DNA of 64,000 nt, from NCBI GenBank assembly GCA_963823765.1, contig CAWGML010000002.1:1404709-1468708 (forward strand), given 5' to 3'. The DNA is from Candidatus Dormiibacterota bacterium. GTDB lineage: Bacteria > Chloroflexota > Dormibacteria > Aeolococcales > Aeolococcaceae. The stretch's first letter is position 1, and every line of letters starts with the position of its first letter. The position numbers were made by a program, and so were the translations under genes. Below, piece after piece: positions 20,504 through 31,414 of this stretch. The notes under the pieces were generated by a model. It made no database searches. It was not told the DNA's origin and saw nothing but the letters and a program-made list of their open reading frames with translations.

Positions 20504-23500
20504 GACATCGCCCCGACAGCACCCTCGCGGTACGCGCGCACCGGACCGATGGCGAATCTCACCCCGGCCTGCTGCCTGATCATCGCGTCGACCAGCGCGG
20601 CGGCGGTGTCGAGAGAGGTGCAGCAGGGGATCCGCCGCTGCTCGGCGGCGAGCCGGATTCGATACCCGTCCTTGACGGTGCGTCCCGCGGCGGCAACGGA
20701 GGCGGCGCCGCCCTCGTGGTAGTCGAGCTCGTCCGTGGCCAGGTGGGACACCGTGTTGATGACCAGCTGCACCTTGCCTTCCTCGATGACGTCGATGACG
20801 TTGGGCCGCCCGTGTCCCAGCTTGCCCACCGCGACCGCGCTGATCCCGGCCTCCGCCAGCATGTTCACGGTGCCGCCCGTCGCGTAGAGGGTGAAACCAA
20901 GCGCGCTCAGCTGGGCCAGGATGGGCAGGGCCTCAGCCTTGTCGGGGTCGGCGATGCTGCACAGCGTGCCACCCGACGTCGGCACCGCACCCAGCGCGGC
21001 GACAAAGGCCTTCTCCAGGGCGGCGCCGAGGTCCACGTCGATGCCCATGACCTCACCCGTCGACTTCATCTCGGGTCCGAGGACCGTGTCGACGTCGGTC
21101 AGCTTGACCGTCGAGAACACCGGCGCCTTGACCGCGACCAGCGGGCGCGGTGGGACCAGGCCGGTGCGCCACCCCATCGCCTCCAGGCTCTCTCCGCACA
21201 TCACCCGCACCGCAAGCTCCACCATCGGGACCCCGCTGACCTTGCTGAGGAACGGCACCGTGCGCGACGCCCGGGGGTTGACCTCGATGACGTGGGCACG
21301 GCCGCGGTACACCACGAACTGGATGTTGCAAAGCCCGCGCACGCGGAGCGCGAGCGCGATTCGCACGGTGTCGGCGACGATCTGGTCGCGCGCCGCCGGT
21401 TCCAGGCGTGGCGCCGGGTAGGCGGCCATCGAGTCCCCGCTGTGCACCCCGGCGCGCTCGATGTGCTCCATCAGGCCGGGCACGATCACTGTGTTGCCGT
21501 CGCAGATGGCGTCGACGTCGACCTCGGTACCGAACAGGTACTTGTCGACGAGGACCGTGCCCCGCCGTTCCGAGCCGTCCTCCGGCAGCACCGCCATCGC
21601 CGCGAGCAGGTACCGCTCCAGCGCATCGCGGCTGTGCACCACCTCCATGGCGCGGCCGCCGAGCACGTAGGACGGTCGCACCAGGACCGGGTAGCCGATC
21701 GCCTCGCCGATCGCGATCGCTTCCGCGAGGTCTGTCGTCGCGGCGCCGGGCGGCTGGGAGATCTCCAGTGATCTCATCAGCGCCTCGAAGGAGCGGCGGT
21801 CCTCGGCGGCGTCGATTGTGTCGACATCGCTGCCCAGGATCGTCACCCCGGCGGCGTGGAGGGGGCGGGCGAGGTTCACCGCGGTCTGGCCGCCGAACTG
21901 CGCGACGACGCCGCGCGGACGCTCGGCAGCGATGACGGACAGAGCCAACTCGGTGTCGAGCGGCTCGAAGTACAAGCGGTCGCTGCAATCGAAGTCGGTG
22001 CTCACCGTCTCGGGGTTGCTGTTGATCATCACCGCCTGCAGGCCGGCGTCACGGAGCGCCTGGGCCGCCTGCACGCTGCAGTAGTCGAACTCGATCCCCT
22101 GGCCGATCCTGATCGGCCCGCTGCCCAGCACGACCACACAGTCACCGGCTCCCGTGGCGACCTGGCCCTCGTCCTCCATCTCGTAGGTGGAGTAGTAGTA
22201 CGGCGTCTGCGCCTCGAACTCGGCCGCGCACGTGTCGACGCACTTGTAGACCGGCTGCAGCCCCAGCGCTGTCCGCCGGGCGCGCACGGTGACCGGCTCC
22301 TCGCCGCGCAGCTCAGCGATGCGCGCGTCGCCGATGCCGAGGTGCTTGGCTTCCGCGAGCAGCGCGGCTGACGGTGCGCTCCAACGGATGCGCTCCTCGC
22401 AATCGACGATGGTGTGCATCCGCTGCACGAACCACGGCGCGATGGTGGACCGCCGCGACACCTCAGCAACCCCGGCTCCGCCCCGAAGCGCCTCCATCAC
22501 GGCGAATGCCCGGCGATCGTTGGCACTCTCCACGAGAACGCGATCGCGGAGCGCGGCAGAGTCTGGACGACGTTGCTCGAGGGAGCGGATCGCCTTGTTG
22601 AACGCCGCTTCGAAGCTCCGCTCGATGGCCATCACCTCGCCGGTCGACTTCATCTGCGTGCCCAGGCGCCGGTCCGCATCCGGGAACTTGTCGAAGGGCC
22701 AGCGCGGGATCTTGACCACGCAGTAATCGAGGGCGGGCTCGAAGGCCGCGCAGGTGCGACCGGTGACCGCGTTGGGGATCTCGTCGAGACGGCGTCCCGC
22801 CGCGATCTTGGCCGCCACCCGGGCGATCGGGTATCCCGTCGCCTTCGACGCCAGGGCCGAGCTGCGCGACACGCGCGGGTTCACCTCGATGACGAAGTAC
22901 TCGTGGCTGTTCGGGTGCATGGCGAACTGCACGTTGCAACCGCCCTCGATGTCGAGGGCGGAGATGATCCGCAGCGCTGCGCTGCGCAGCTGCTGGTGCT
23001 CGCGGTCGGTCAGCGTCTGCGCCGGCGCGACCACGATCGAGTCGCCGGTGTGCACCCCCATCGGGTCGATGTTCTCCATGTTGCAGACGGTGATGCAGGT
23101 CCCGGAAGCGTCCCGCATCACCTCGTACTCCAGCTCGCGCCACCCCGCCAGCGAGCGTTCGATGAGCACCTGGCTGATCGGTGAGGCGGCCAGGCCGGCG
23201 CCGACACGCTCGGTGAGCGTCTCATCCGTCTCGCAGAAGCCGCCTCCGGTTCCACCGAGCGTGAACGCCGGACGGACCACCAGCGGCAGTCCCACCTCGG
23301 CGGCAAAGGCCCGCGCCTCAGCGAGAGACGACACGGTGCGAGAGATCGGCACCGGCTCGCCGATGCGGTCGAGCAGGTCCTTGAAGAGCCCCCGGTCCTC
23401 GGCGGTGCGGATCGACTGCAGCGATGTCCCGAGCACGCGCAGCCCGTATCGCTCGATGATGCCCGAGTCGGCAAGCTCCACGGCAAGGTTGAGAGCGGTC

Positions 23501-24996
23501 TGTCCACCGAGTGTCGCCAGCAACCCATCCGGGCGCTCGGCGGCGATGATCCGCTCCAGCACACCAACGGTCAGCGGCTCGACATACACCGCATCGGCGA
23601 CGTCGTCGTCGGTCATGATCGTCGCGGGATTGCTGTTGACCAGCACCACGCGGATCCCTTCCTCACGCAGAGCCCGGCAAGCCTGCGTCCCCGCATAGTC
23701 GAACTCCGCAGCCTGCCCGATGACAACAGGCCCGGAGCCGATGACAAGAACGCACCTCGGCGCATCAGGAGCCACTGGCGCCGAAGCCTGTGTGAGCAAG
23801 CCGAGGCTGCGCCCGTCGCCCTCGCCGGTCCTCTCTGGGACTCCGGCCCGGCACATGCGCAGGAATTCATCGAACACGCCGGCGCGGTCCTGGGGGCCGG
23901 GCGCGCCTTCCGGGTGGTACTGCACGCTGAACGCGGGCAGGTCGCGATGACGGAGGCCCTCGACGCTCTGGTCGTTGAGGTTGCGCTCGCTGACGTACCA
24001 GCCGCTGTCGGAGGGGATGCTGTCGGCGTCCACCTGGAACTCGTGGTTGTGGGAGGTCACGAAGACGGTGCCGCGCTCCCGGTCGCCGACGGGGTGGTTG
24101 CCGCCGTGGTGACCGAACGGAAGTCGCGAGGTGGTGGCGCCGATGGCGCGCCCCAGCACCTGGTGGCCGAGACAGATCCCCAGCAGCGGGATGCGCCTGT
24201 CCAGCAGGGCACGGGCGAGAGCCACGGGGCCGTCGAGCCGCACCGGGTCGCCGGGGCCGTTGGAGAGGAGGACACCGTCGGGCCGCTGGGCGAGCACGTC
24301 CTCGATGCCGGCGTCGTGACGGACGACCACGACCTGGGCACCACGACTGCGCAGCGCGCGCAGCTGGTTGTACTTCACACCCATGTCGACGACGACGACG
24401 CGCACGTCCTCGAACAGGTCGCGGGTCCCGGCGCGATCGACAACGCGTTCCAGGGAGGGGTCGAGACGTTCGGTCCACTCGATGACCGGCTGTTCGTGCG
24501 CCACCGCGGCCACGAGGTCCTGGTCGGTGACCGTTGGCGCGCGACGCGCAGCCTCAACCTGCTCTTCAGGAGTCATCGTCGCCGAGGGCGCGATGACTCC
24601 GCGCAGCGTGCCGTGGTCGCGCAGGTGGCGGGTGAGCGCGCGGGTGTCAACGCCGCGCAGCCCGGGGACGTTCCAGCGGCGCAGCTCCTCGTCGAGGGTG
24701 CGTTCGGCGCGCGCATGACCGGCGTCGAAAGAGAGCTCGCGGACCACGAGCGCGCGGCAGTGCACGCGGTACAACTCGGCGGTGTCGTCGCGACAGCCGT
24801 AGTTGCCCATCAGCGGGTGGGTCATCACCACCACCTGGCCGGCGTAGGAGGGATCGCTGATCACCTCCTGGTACCCGGCCATGCACGTGTTGAACACCAC
24901 CTCGCCGTCGCTCGCGGGCACGTCGGCACCGAACAGCCATCCCTCGAACACCGCCCCCGATTCCAGGGCGAGGCGCCCGGCCACCGCTTCAGGCAC
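20500..24996 (-). CDS. carAB: Carbamoyl-phosphate synthase, small and large subunits fused in one ORF
   Basis: CarA motifs GEVVFNT, SNGPGDP, GICLGHQ and QYHPE are in frame with CarB motifs GSGPVVIGQAAEFDY, EVNPRVSRSS, GSGPIRIGQGIEFDY and an MGS-like C-terminus. Confidence 0.93.
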   Translation of the reverse strand: MPEAVAGRLALESGAVFEGWLFGADVPASDGEVVFNTCMAGYQEVISDPSYAGQVVVMTHPLMGNYGCRDDTAELYRVHCRALVVRELSFDAGHARAERTLDEELRRWNVPGLRGVDTRALTRHLRDHGTLRGVIAPSATMTPEEQVEAARRAPTVTDQDLVAAVAHEQPVIEWTERLDPSLERVVDRAGTRDLFEDVRVVVVDMGVKYNQLRALRSRGAQVVVVRHDAGIEDVLAQRPDGVLLSNGPGDPVRLDGPVALARALLDRRIPLLGICLGHQVLGRAIGATTSRLPFGHHGGNHPVGDRERGTVFVTSHNHEFQVDADSIPSDSGWYVSERNLNDQSVEGLRHRDLPAFSVQYHPEGAPGPQDRAGVFDEFLRMCRAGVPERTGEGDGRSLGLLTQASAPVAPDAPRCVLVIGSGPVVIGQAAEFDYAGTQACRALREEGIRVVLVNSNPATIMTDDDVADAVYVEPLTVGVLERIIAAERPDGLLATLGGQTALNLAVELADSGIIERYGLRVLGTSLQSIRTAEDRGLFKDLLDRIGEPVPISRTVSSLAEARAFAAEVGLPLVVRPAFTLGGTGGGFCETDETLTERVGAGLAASPISQVLIERSLAGWRELEYEVMRDASGTCITVCNMENIDPMGVHTGDSIVVAPAQTLTDREHQQLRSAALRIISALDIEGGCNVQFAMHPNSHEYFVIEVNPRVSRSSALASKATGYPIARVAAKIAAGRRLDEIPNAVTGRTCAAFEPALDYCVVKIPRWPFDKFPDADRRLGTQMKSTGEVMAIERSFEAAFNKAIRSLEQRRPDSAALRDRVLVESANDRRAFAVMEALRGGAGVAEVSRRSTIAPWFVQRMHTIVDCEERIRWSAPSAALLAEAKHLGIGDARIAELRGEEPVTVRARRTALGLQPVYKCVDTCAAEFEAQTPYYYSTYEMEDEGQVATGAGDCVVVLGSGPIRIGQGIEFDYCSVQAAQALRDAGLQAVMINSNPETVSTDFDCSDRLYFEPLDTELALSVIAAERPRGVVAQFGGQTAVNLARPLHAAGVTILGSDVDTIDAAEDRRSFEALMRSLEISQPPGAATTDLAEAIAIGEAIGYPVLVRPSYVLGGRAMEVVHSRDALERYLLAAMAVLPEDGSERRGTVLVDKYLFGTEVDVDAICDGNTVIVPGLMEHIERAGVHSGDSMAAYPAPRLEPAARDQIVADTVRIALALRVRGLCNIQFVVYRGRAHVIEVNPRASRTVPFLSKVSGVPMVELAVRVMCGESLEAMGWRTGLVPPRPLVAVKAPVFSTVKLTDVDTVLGPEMKSTGEVMGIDVDLGAALEKAFVAALGAVPTSGGTLCSIADPDKAEALPILAQLSALGFTLYATGGTVNMLAEAGISAVAVGKLGHGRPNVIDVIEEGKVQLVINTVSHLATDELDYHEGGAASVAAAGRTVKDGYRIRLAAEQRRIPCCTSLDTAAALVDAMIRQQAGVRFAIGPVRAYREGAVGAMS

Positions 24997-26338
24997 CGGC
25001 CGTCTCCACCAGCTGCGCCGGCCAGGGCAGAAGGCTCTCGTCGTGGTGGACGATGACGCCATCGTTGATGGTGAGCATCACCCGACCGCGCAGCCGGGTG
25101 CCCCAGAGCGGGGTGTTGTGCGACAGGGAGTATCCCCTGCTCTCACCGACCGTCCACTCGGCGGCCGGGTCGAACAGCACACATGTCGCCGCCTCGCCGA
25201 CTCGAAGGTGCGGCTCTCGACCCGGCGCGCTTGCGCCGAGGACGCGGTGCGGGCCGGTGGTCAGCCGTTCGAGCAGCACCGGGATCCAGTCGCCGTGCAT
25301 CCCTCCAAGCGTGAGACACGTGGCCAGCGCCGTCTCGAGGCCGGTCATGCCCGGTGCTGCCGCGGCGACGGGGCCGCGCTTGTGGTTCATCCGATGAGGC
25401 GCGTGGTCCGTCGCCACCGCATCGATGACGCCATCGCGCAACCCCTGGATGAGCGCATCACGGTCATGCTCGCTGCGCAGCGGCGGGTTGACCTTGAGGA
25501 GCGCAGGCGGTTCCGGCGGTTCCGCGACCGGGAGCCACATCCCGAGGTGGTGGGGTGTCACCTCGGCTGTGACGGCGAGGCCGTCGGAGCGGGCCCGGCG
25601 AACCAGCTCGACGGACCTCGCTGTTGAGAGGTGCTGGAGGTGGAGCCGGCCGCGACCGGCCGTGGTCAGGGCGGCGAGGGCGGCGCGCACAGCCGACGTC
25701 TCGGCCTCCTCAGGGCGATCGCCCGCGCGCGTGAGAGGGCCGCCCGTCGAGTTGTGGGCGGCGATGATGGTTTCGTCCTCGGGATGCACGAAGACGGGGC
25801 GGGACATCTCCGCGGCAGCTCGCAGCAGTTCGGTGAGCAGCGCTTGGGACGCGGCATTGCGTCCGTCGTCGCTGAACGCCGCGGCGCCGGCCGCGGCGCA
25901 GCCGCGCACATCGACGATCTCGTGGCCATCCAGCGCGCGGGTGGCTGCGGCGGTGACCAACACCTCCACCGACGCGGTGTCCGCCCGCGCGCGGGCCTCG
26001 ACGACCCGCGCAGGCGTGTCGATGGGTGGGTCGGTGTTGGCCATGGCGACGATGCGGGTGAAGCCGCCGGCTGCCGCGGCGCGCGCGCCGGTAAGCACGC
26101 ACTCGGCAGCCTCATCGCCGGGTTCGCGCAGGTGGACGTGGAGATCGGTGAAGCCGGGGGCGAGGATGCAGGGTGACTGTCCCGCGGCGGGTGTCAGGTC
26201 GATGACCGGCACGGTGCCCTCGTCGATCCGGCGATACATGGCGATGATCCGTCCCTCACTGAGCCAGACGTCCTGGTCGGTCAGGTCGAGGCCGGTGGCG
26301 GGGTCGATGACCCGAACCCCGCGCAGGATGCAGTTCAC
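24989..26338 (-). CDS. pyrC: Dihydroorotase
   Basis: DLHVHLREPG, AEVTPHH, KVNPPLR and TDHAPH. Confidence 0.93.
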   Translation of the reverse strand: MNCILRGVRVIDPATGLDLTDQDVWLSEGRIIAMYRRIDEGTVPVIDLTPAAGQSPCILAPGFTDLHVHLREPGDEAAECVLTGARAAAAGGFTRIVAMANTDPPIDTPARVVEARARADTASVEVLVTAAATRALDGHEIVDVRGCAAAGAAAFSDDGRNAASQALLTELLRAAAEMSRPVFVHPEDETIIAAHNSTGGPLTRAGDRPEEAETSAVRAALAALTTAGRGRLHLQHLSTARSVELVRRARSDGLAVTAEVTPHHLGMWLPVAEPPEPPALLKVNPPLRSEHDRDALIQGLRDGVIDAVATDHAPHRMNHKRGPVAAAAPGMTGLETALATCLTLGGMHGDWIPVLLERLTTGPHRVLGASAPGREPHLRVGEAATCVLFDPAAEWTVGESRGYSLSHNTPLWGTRLRGRVMLTINDGVIVHHDESLLPWPAQLVETAGA

Positions 26339-26907
26339 CTGCCGTCCTCCCCGAGCATCCAGACGCCGTCGACGCCGTCAACCTCGCGCAGGCGCACAGC
26401 CACGCGCTCACTGGGCGCGCTGGGGACGTTCTTGCCGACGTAGGTCGCACGCATCGGGAGCTCGCGGTGTCCGCGGTCGACGAGGACCAACATCTCGACT
26501 GTGGCCGGGCGTCCCTCATCGATGAGCGCGTCGAGAGCCGCACGCGCCGTGCGCCCGGTGAAGAGCACGTCGTCGACCAGGACGACGACTCGCCCGTCGA
26601 TGGGAGGCGCCTCCCCCCCGTCGACGGCCGTGAGCGCACCCGGCCGCGGGCGGGCCGGACGGGGCCGGTCGTCGCGGTAGTCCCGGAGCTCGAGTGCCGC
26701 CAGGGCGGGCGGCAGTTGGCCGAGCGCGACCAGCGCACGCGCGACGCGAGCGGCAAGGGGAACCCCGCGTGTCCGGATGCCGGTGAGCACGATCGGCTCG
26801 GTGTGCCGTTCGGCGATCTCATGGGCAAGCCTGATCACAGCGCGCGCGATGGCCATCTCGTCGAGCAGGCAAGGCCTGCCCTCCAGCGACTGCGGGGCTC
26901 CGTTCAT
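26335..26907 (-). CDS. pyrR: Pyrimidine operon regulator / uracil phosphoribosyltransferase
   Basis: AHEIAE, GIRTRG, YRDD, VDDVLFTGRT and DRGHRELP. Confidence 0.93.
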   Translation of the reverse strand: MNGAPQSLEGRPCLLDEMAIARAVIRLAHEIAERHTEPIVLTGIRTRGVPLAARVARALVALGQLPPALAALELRDYRDDRPRPARPRPGALTAVDGGEAPPIDGRVVVLVDDVLFTGRTARAALDALIDEGRPATVEMLVLVDRGHRELPMRATYVGKNVPSAPSERVAVRLREVDGVDGVWMLGEDGR

Positions 26908-27824
26908 GCGAGCAGGAGCTCCAGCAGAGCCATGCGCAGCGCCACGCCGTTGGCGGCCTGGCGGAAGTAGGCAGCCCGGGGGTCAGCGTCCACGTCGCGG
27001 TCGATCTCGTCCACGCGCGGCAGCGGGTGCATGACCACCGCCGTGGCCGGGAGGCGCGCCATGGTGGCCGCGTCGATGCGGATGGCTCCCCGCGCACCCT
27101 CGAACTCAGCGGGGTCCGTGAAGCGCTCCTTCTGCACCCGCGTCTGGTACACGACGTCGGCGGTGGCGATCACGTCGTCGAGGCGCGCGCTCAACTGGTA
27201 GGGGACGTCGCGTGCGTCGAGGAGCGCGCGGATGTCCGCGCCGACCTGCACCACTTCCGGGGCGACGAAGCTGATGCGCACACCCGGGTAGAGCGCCAGC
27301 AGACGCGCCAGGGAACGGGCGGTCCGGCCGAAGCGCAGGTCGCCGCAGATGGCCACGTGCAGGCCCTCGATGCATCCCAGCTCTCGTTCGATGGTGAACA
27401 GGTCGAGGAGCGACTGCGTCGGGTGTTCGCCGGGGCCGTCACCGGCGTTGATGATCGGCACTGTGGCGACGGCCGCCGCCTGGGCCGCGGCACCCTCACG
27501 GTCGTGGCGGAGGACGATGACGTCCGCGTACGCGCACACCATGCGGATGGTGTCCTCGAGGGTCTCGCCCTTCATCGCGCTGGAGAACACGTGCGCCGCC
27601 TCGGTGCCGAGGACCGAGCCGCCCAGGCGCAGCATCGCGGACTCGAAGCTGAGCCGGGTGCGGGTGCTCGGCTCGTAGAACAGGGTCGCCATGATGCGGC
27701 CCGAGAGGCTGTGCCCCCGGGTGCCCTCCAAGGCCGTGGCTCGGGCGAACAACGCGTCGAGCAGCGGACGATCGAACTGAGCCGCGCTGACCACGTGGTC
27801 GAGCGTCCCGGTTCGAACCGCCAT
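26904..27824 (-). CDS. pyrB: Aspartate carbamoyltransferase catalytic subunit
   Basis: FYEPSTRTRLSF, KGETLEDT, INAGDG.GEHPTQ and MHPLPR; SD GGAGGG precedes the ATG at 27824. Confidence 0.96.
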   Translation of the reverse strand: MAVRTGTLDHVVSAAQFDRPLLDALFARATALEGTRGHSLSGRIMATLFYEPSTRTRLSFESAMLRLGGSVLGTEAAHVFSSAMKGETLEDTIRMVCAYADVIVLRHDREGAAAQAAAVATVPIINAGDGPGEHPTQSLLDLFTIERELGCIEGLHVAICGDLRFGRTARSLARLLALYPGVRISFVAPEVVQVGADIRALLDARDVPYQLSARLDDVIATADVVYQTRVQKERFTDPAEFEGARGAIRIDAATMARLPATAVVMHPLPRVDEIDRDVDADPRAAYFRQAANGVALRMALLELLLA

Positions 27825-27926
27825 GCCAACCCTCCGGGACCGCAGCCCGCGCGGAAGGCGCGCCGTCAGCGACGGCGATGCGCATCCCTTGCCGGCCTCG
27901 CGGGACCTGCTTGAAGTGGATTCGTC
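27825..27926 (-). promoter_or_regulatory. pyr leader RNA with PyrR-binding hairpin and a potential SD-sequestering helix
   Basis: Minus strand CUUCAAGCAGGUCCCGCGAGGCCGGCAAGGGA (27885-27916) resembles the PyrR-site consensus ARUCC-GNGAGGYU. A candidate -10 TACAGT lies at 27933-27938. Confidence 0.8.
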
Positions 27927-27991
27927 CACGGCACTGTAGCGCAGCGGCGACGGCGACCGTGCCCGGCGGAGGGCTGCGTTAGGCTCAGCGC

Positions 27992-28210
27992 ATGGACGTC
28001 AGCGCTCTGGGACGGGTGCTCCTCGTGGTCGGGATCACCGTCGCCGCGGTCGGCGCGTTCCTGGCGCTGGGTGGCCGCCTGCCGTTCGGCCGCCTGCCAG
28101 GAGACATCTCGGTCCAGGGTCAGAACAGCGGGTTCTTCTTCCCGATCGTCAGTTGCATCGTGTTGAGCGTCGCGCTGACGGTGATCCTCAACATCGTCAT
28201 CCGGCGCTGA
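27992..28210 (+). CDS. DUF2905-family small membrane protein
   Basis: GRLPGDI...FFFPIVSCI between two TM segments. Confidence 0.85.
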   Translation: MDVSALGRVLLVVGITVAAVGAFLALGGRLPFGRLPGDISVQGQNSGFFFPIVSCIVLSVALTVILNIVIRR

Positions 28211-28223
28211 GGCCCCGGGGAGG

Positions 28224-28254
28224 GCGGCCCGCCGGGCATGAGCCGGCGGGCCGC
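28224..28254. terminator. GC-rich hairpin between convergent genes
   Basis: Perfect 12-bp inverted repeat GCGGCCCGCCGG / CCGGCGGGCCGC with a 7-nt loop; no U tract. Confidence 0.55.
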
Positions 28255-28261
28255 GTCCTCA

Positions 28262-28678
28262 TCAGGAGTTGAGGAACTCGTCGGCCTTGTTGGGGTCGTA
28301 GTCGAGGAGCCAGGCCTCCACGAGCTTCCCGTCGCGGAAATGGCAGACGTGGGCGTACGGCGAGTCGAGCGACTTGCCCTTGCGCGTGCCGCTGGCCCTG
28401 CCGAGCGCCACCGCGTGGTCGTCGCTGCCGAGCACGTCGTGCAGCTCGACCTTGAAGGTGCCGTCGGTGAGCTCGAACTGCTTGACGAAGCTGGCGATCA
28501 CGGCGTCGGCACCACGGTGATCCCCGGAGGTCGGGTTGTTTCCCGGGCTGTGCCAGATGATGTCCGGGTCGAAGATCTCGTTACGCAGCAGGTCGAGGTT
28601 GCCAGTCTGGAACGCCTCGTACCCCTTGCGCAGCACCTCGATGTTCGCCGTCGCCTTGTCGGTCGCGGTATCCGGCAT
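28262..28678 (-). CDS. SnoaL/NTF2-like protein
   Basis: NIEVLRKGYEAFQTGNLD, DIIWHSPG and HFRDGKLVE; SD GGAGG upstream. Confidence 0.85.
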   Translation of the reverse strand: MPDTATDKATANIEVLRKGYEAFQTGNLDLLRNEIFDPDIIWHSPGNNPTSGDHRGADAVIASFVKQFELTDGTFKVELHDVLGSDDHAVALGRASGTRKGKSLDSPYAHVCHFRDGKLVEAWLLDYDPNKADEFLNS

Positions 28679-28769
28679 GTGCCGTTCCTCCGGTCGTGTG
28701 CGCCTTCCCACCAGGCGCGGAGCGTCAGCATAGCTCCGCTCCATGAGCCCCGTTATTACCGCGCAGGTA

Positions 28770-30392
<1,623 letters not shown>

Positions 30393-30396
<4 letters not shown>

Positions 30397-31334
30397 TGGC
30401 CCCCGCTGGTCTGCGCGTTGAGGATGCGGTCGGCGATGGCGTACGGGTCGACGCCGCGCATGTCGCCGCTCAGCTCCGAACCCATTGTGCCCTCTTCGAG
30501 CTCTCGTCGCGCTCGTTCGGCGGCACGCTCGACGACGATGGCCTCGATCTCGGCCTGCAGCCGGTCGCGGCGGCGCCGCTCGAGCTCGCCGTTCTCCGCG
30601 ATGGTCGTGTGGTGGCGCTCGACAGCGTCGAGCAGCTCGTCGATGCCCGCCCCGGTGGTGGCGCTCGTCTGCACCACCGGCGGCTTCCAGTCGCTCATGC
30701 CCTTGGTCTGACGCACCATGTCGCGCAGCTCGCGCGCCACCCTGTCCGCACCGGGAACGTCGGCCTTGTTGACCACGAAGATGTCAGCGATCTCGAGGAT
30801 GCCCGCCTTGAGGATCTGCACGCTGTCCCCGGCCACAGGGGTGGTCACGACCACCGTCGTGTCGACCGTCTGCATCACCTCGAGCTCACTCTGCCCCACC
30901 CCCACAGTCTCCAACAGGCAGCGATCACGACCGCTGGCATCGATCAGCCGGATCGCCTCACGGGCGGCGCTGGCCAGGCCACCGAGGTGGCCGCGGGCGG
31001 CCATGCTGCGGATGTACACGCCGTCGTCGCCGGTGTGCCGTTGCATCCGCACGCGGTCGCCGAGGATGGCTCCTCCGGTGAACGGGCTGGAGGGGTCGAC
31101 GGCGATGACCCCCACCCGGTGTCCGGCTCTGCGCCAGCGCTCGATGAGCTGGTCGCAGACAGTGCTCTTGCCGCTGCCGGGGGGTCCCGTGACACCAACG
31201 ACATGGGCGGCGCCTGCCCGCCCACGGACTGCCCGGATCACCTCCTCAGCGGCAGGGTCGCGGTCCTCGACCAGCCGGATCGCCCGGGCCAGGGCGCGCA
31301 CGTCGCCGGCGAGCAGCCGGGTGGCGATGTCCAT
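30393..31334 (-). CDS. meaB: MeaB/ArgK GTPase chaperone of B12 mutases
   Basis: [36 protein letters not shown] and NKAD. Confidence 0.93.
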
Positions 31335-31414
31335 GCGCGGCGAGTGTAGCCGCGAGGTCCCCGACGGCCGATGCAGACGGCCGGCCTGCGCCGGCGTTCT
31401 CGTACCATCGTGCG

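Noticed and set aside
28679-28732. Hairpin GCGCCT/AGGCGC in the SnoaL gene leader as a riboregulator
   Set aside because: The stem is short and GC-rich, so it is expected by chance; no other support.
31335-31414. Cobalamin riboswitch upstream of meaB/mutase (or of mce at 50741-50840)
   Set aside because: The regions are too short, no B12-box motifs are visible, and the genes look leaderless.
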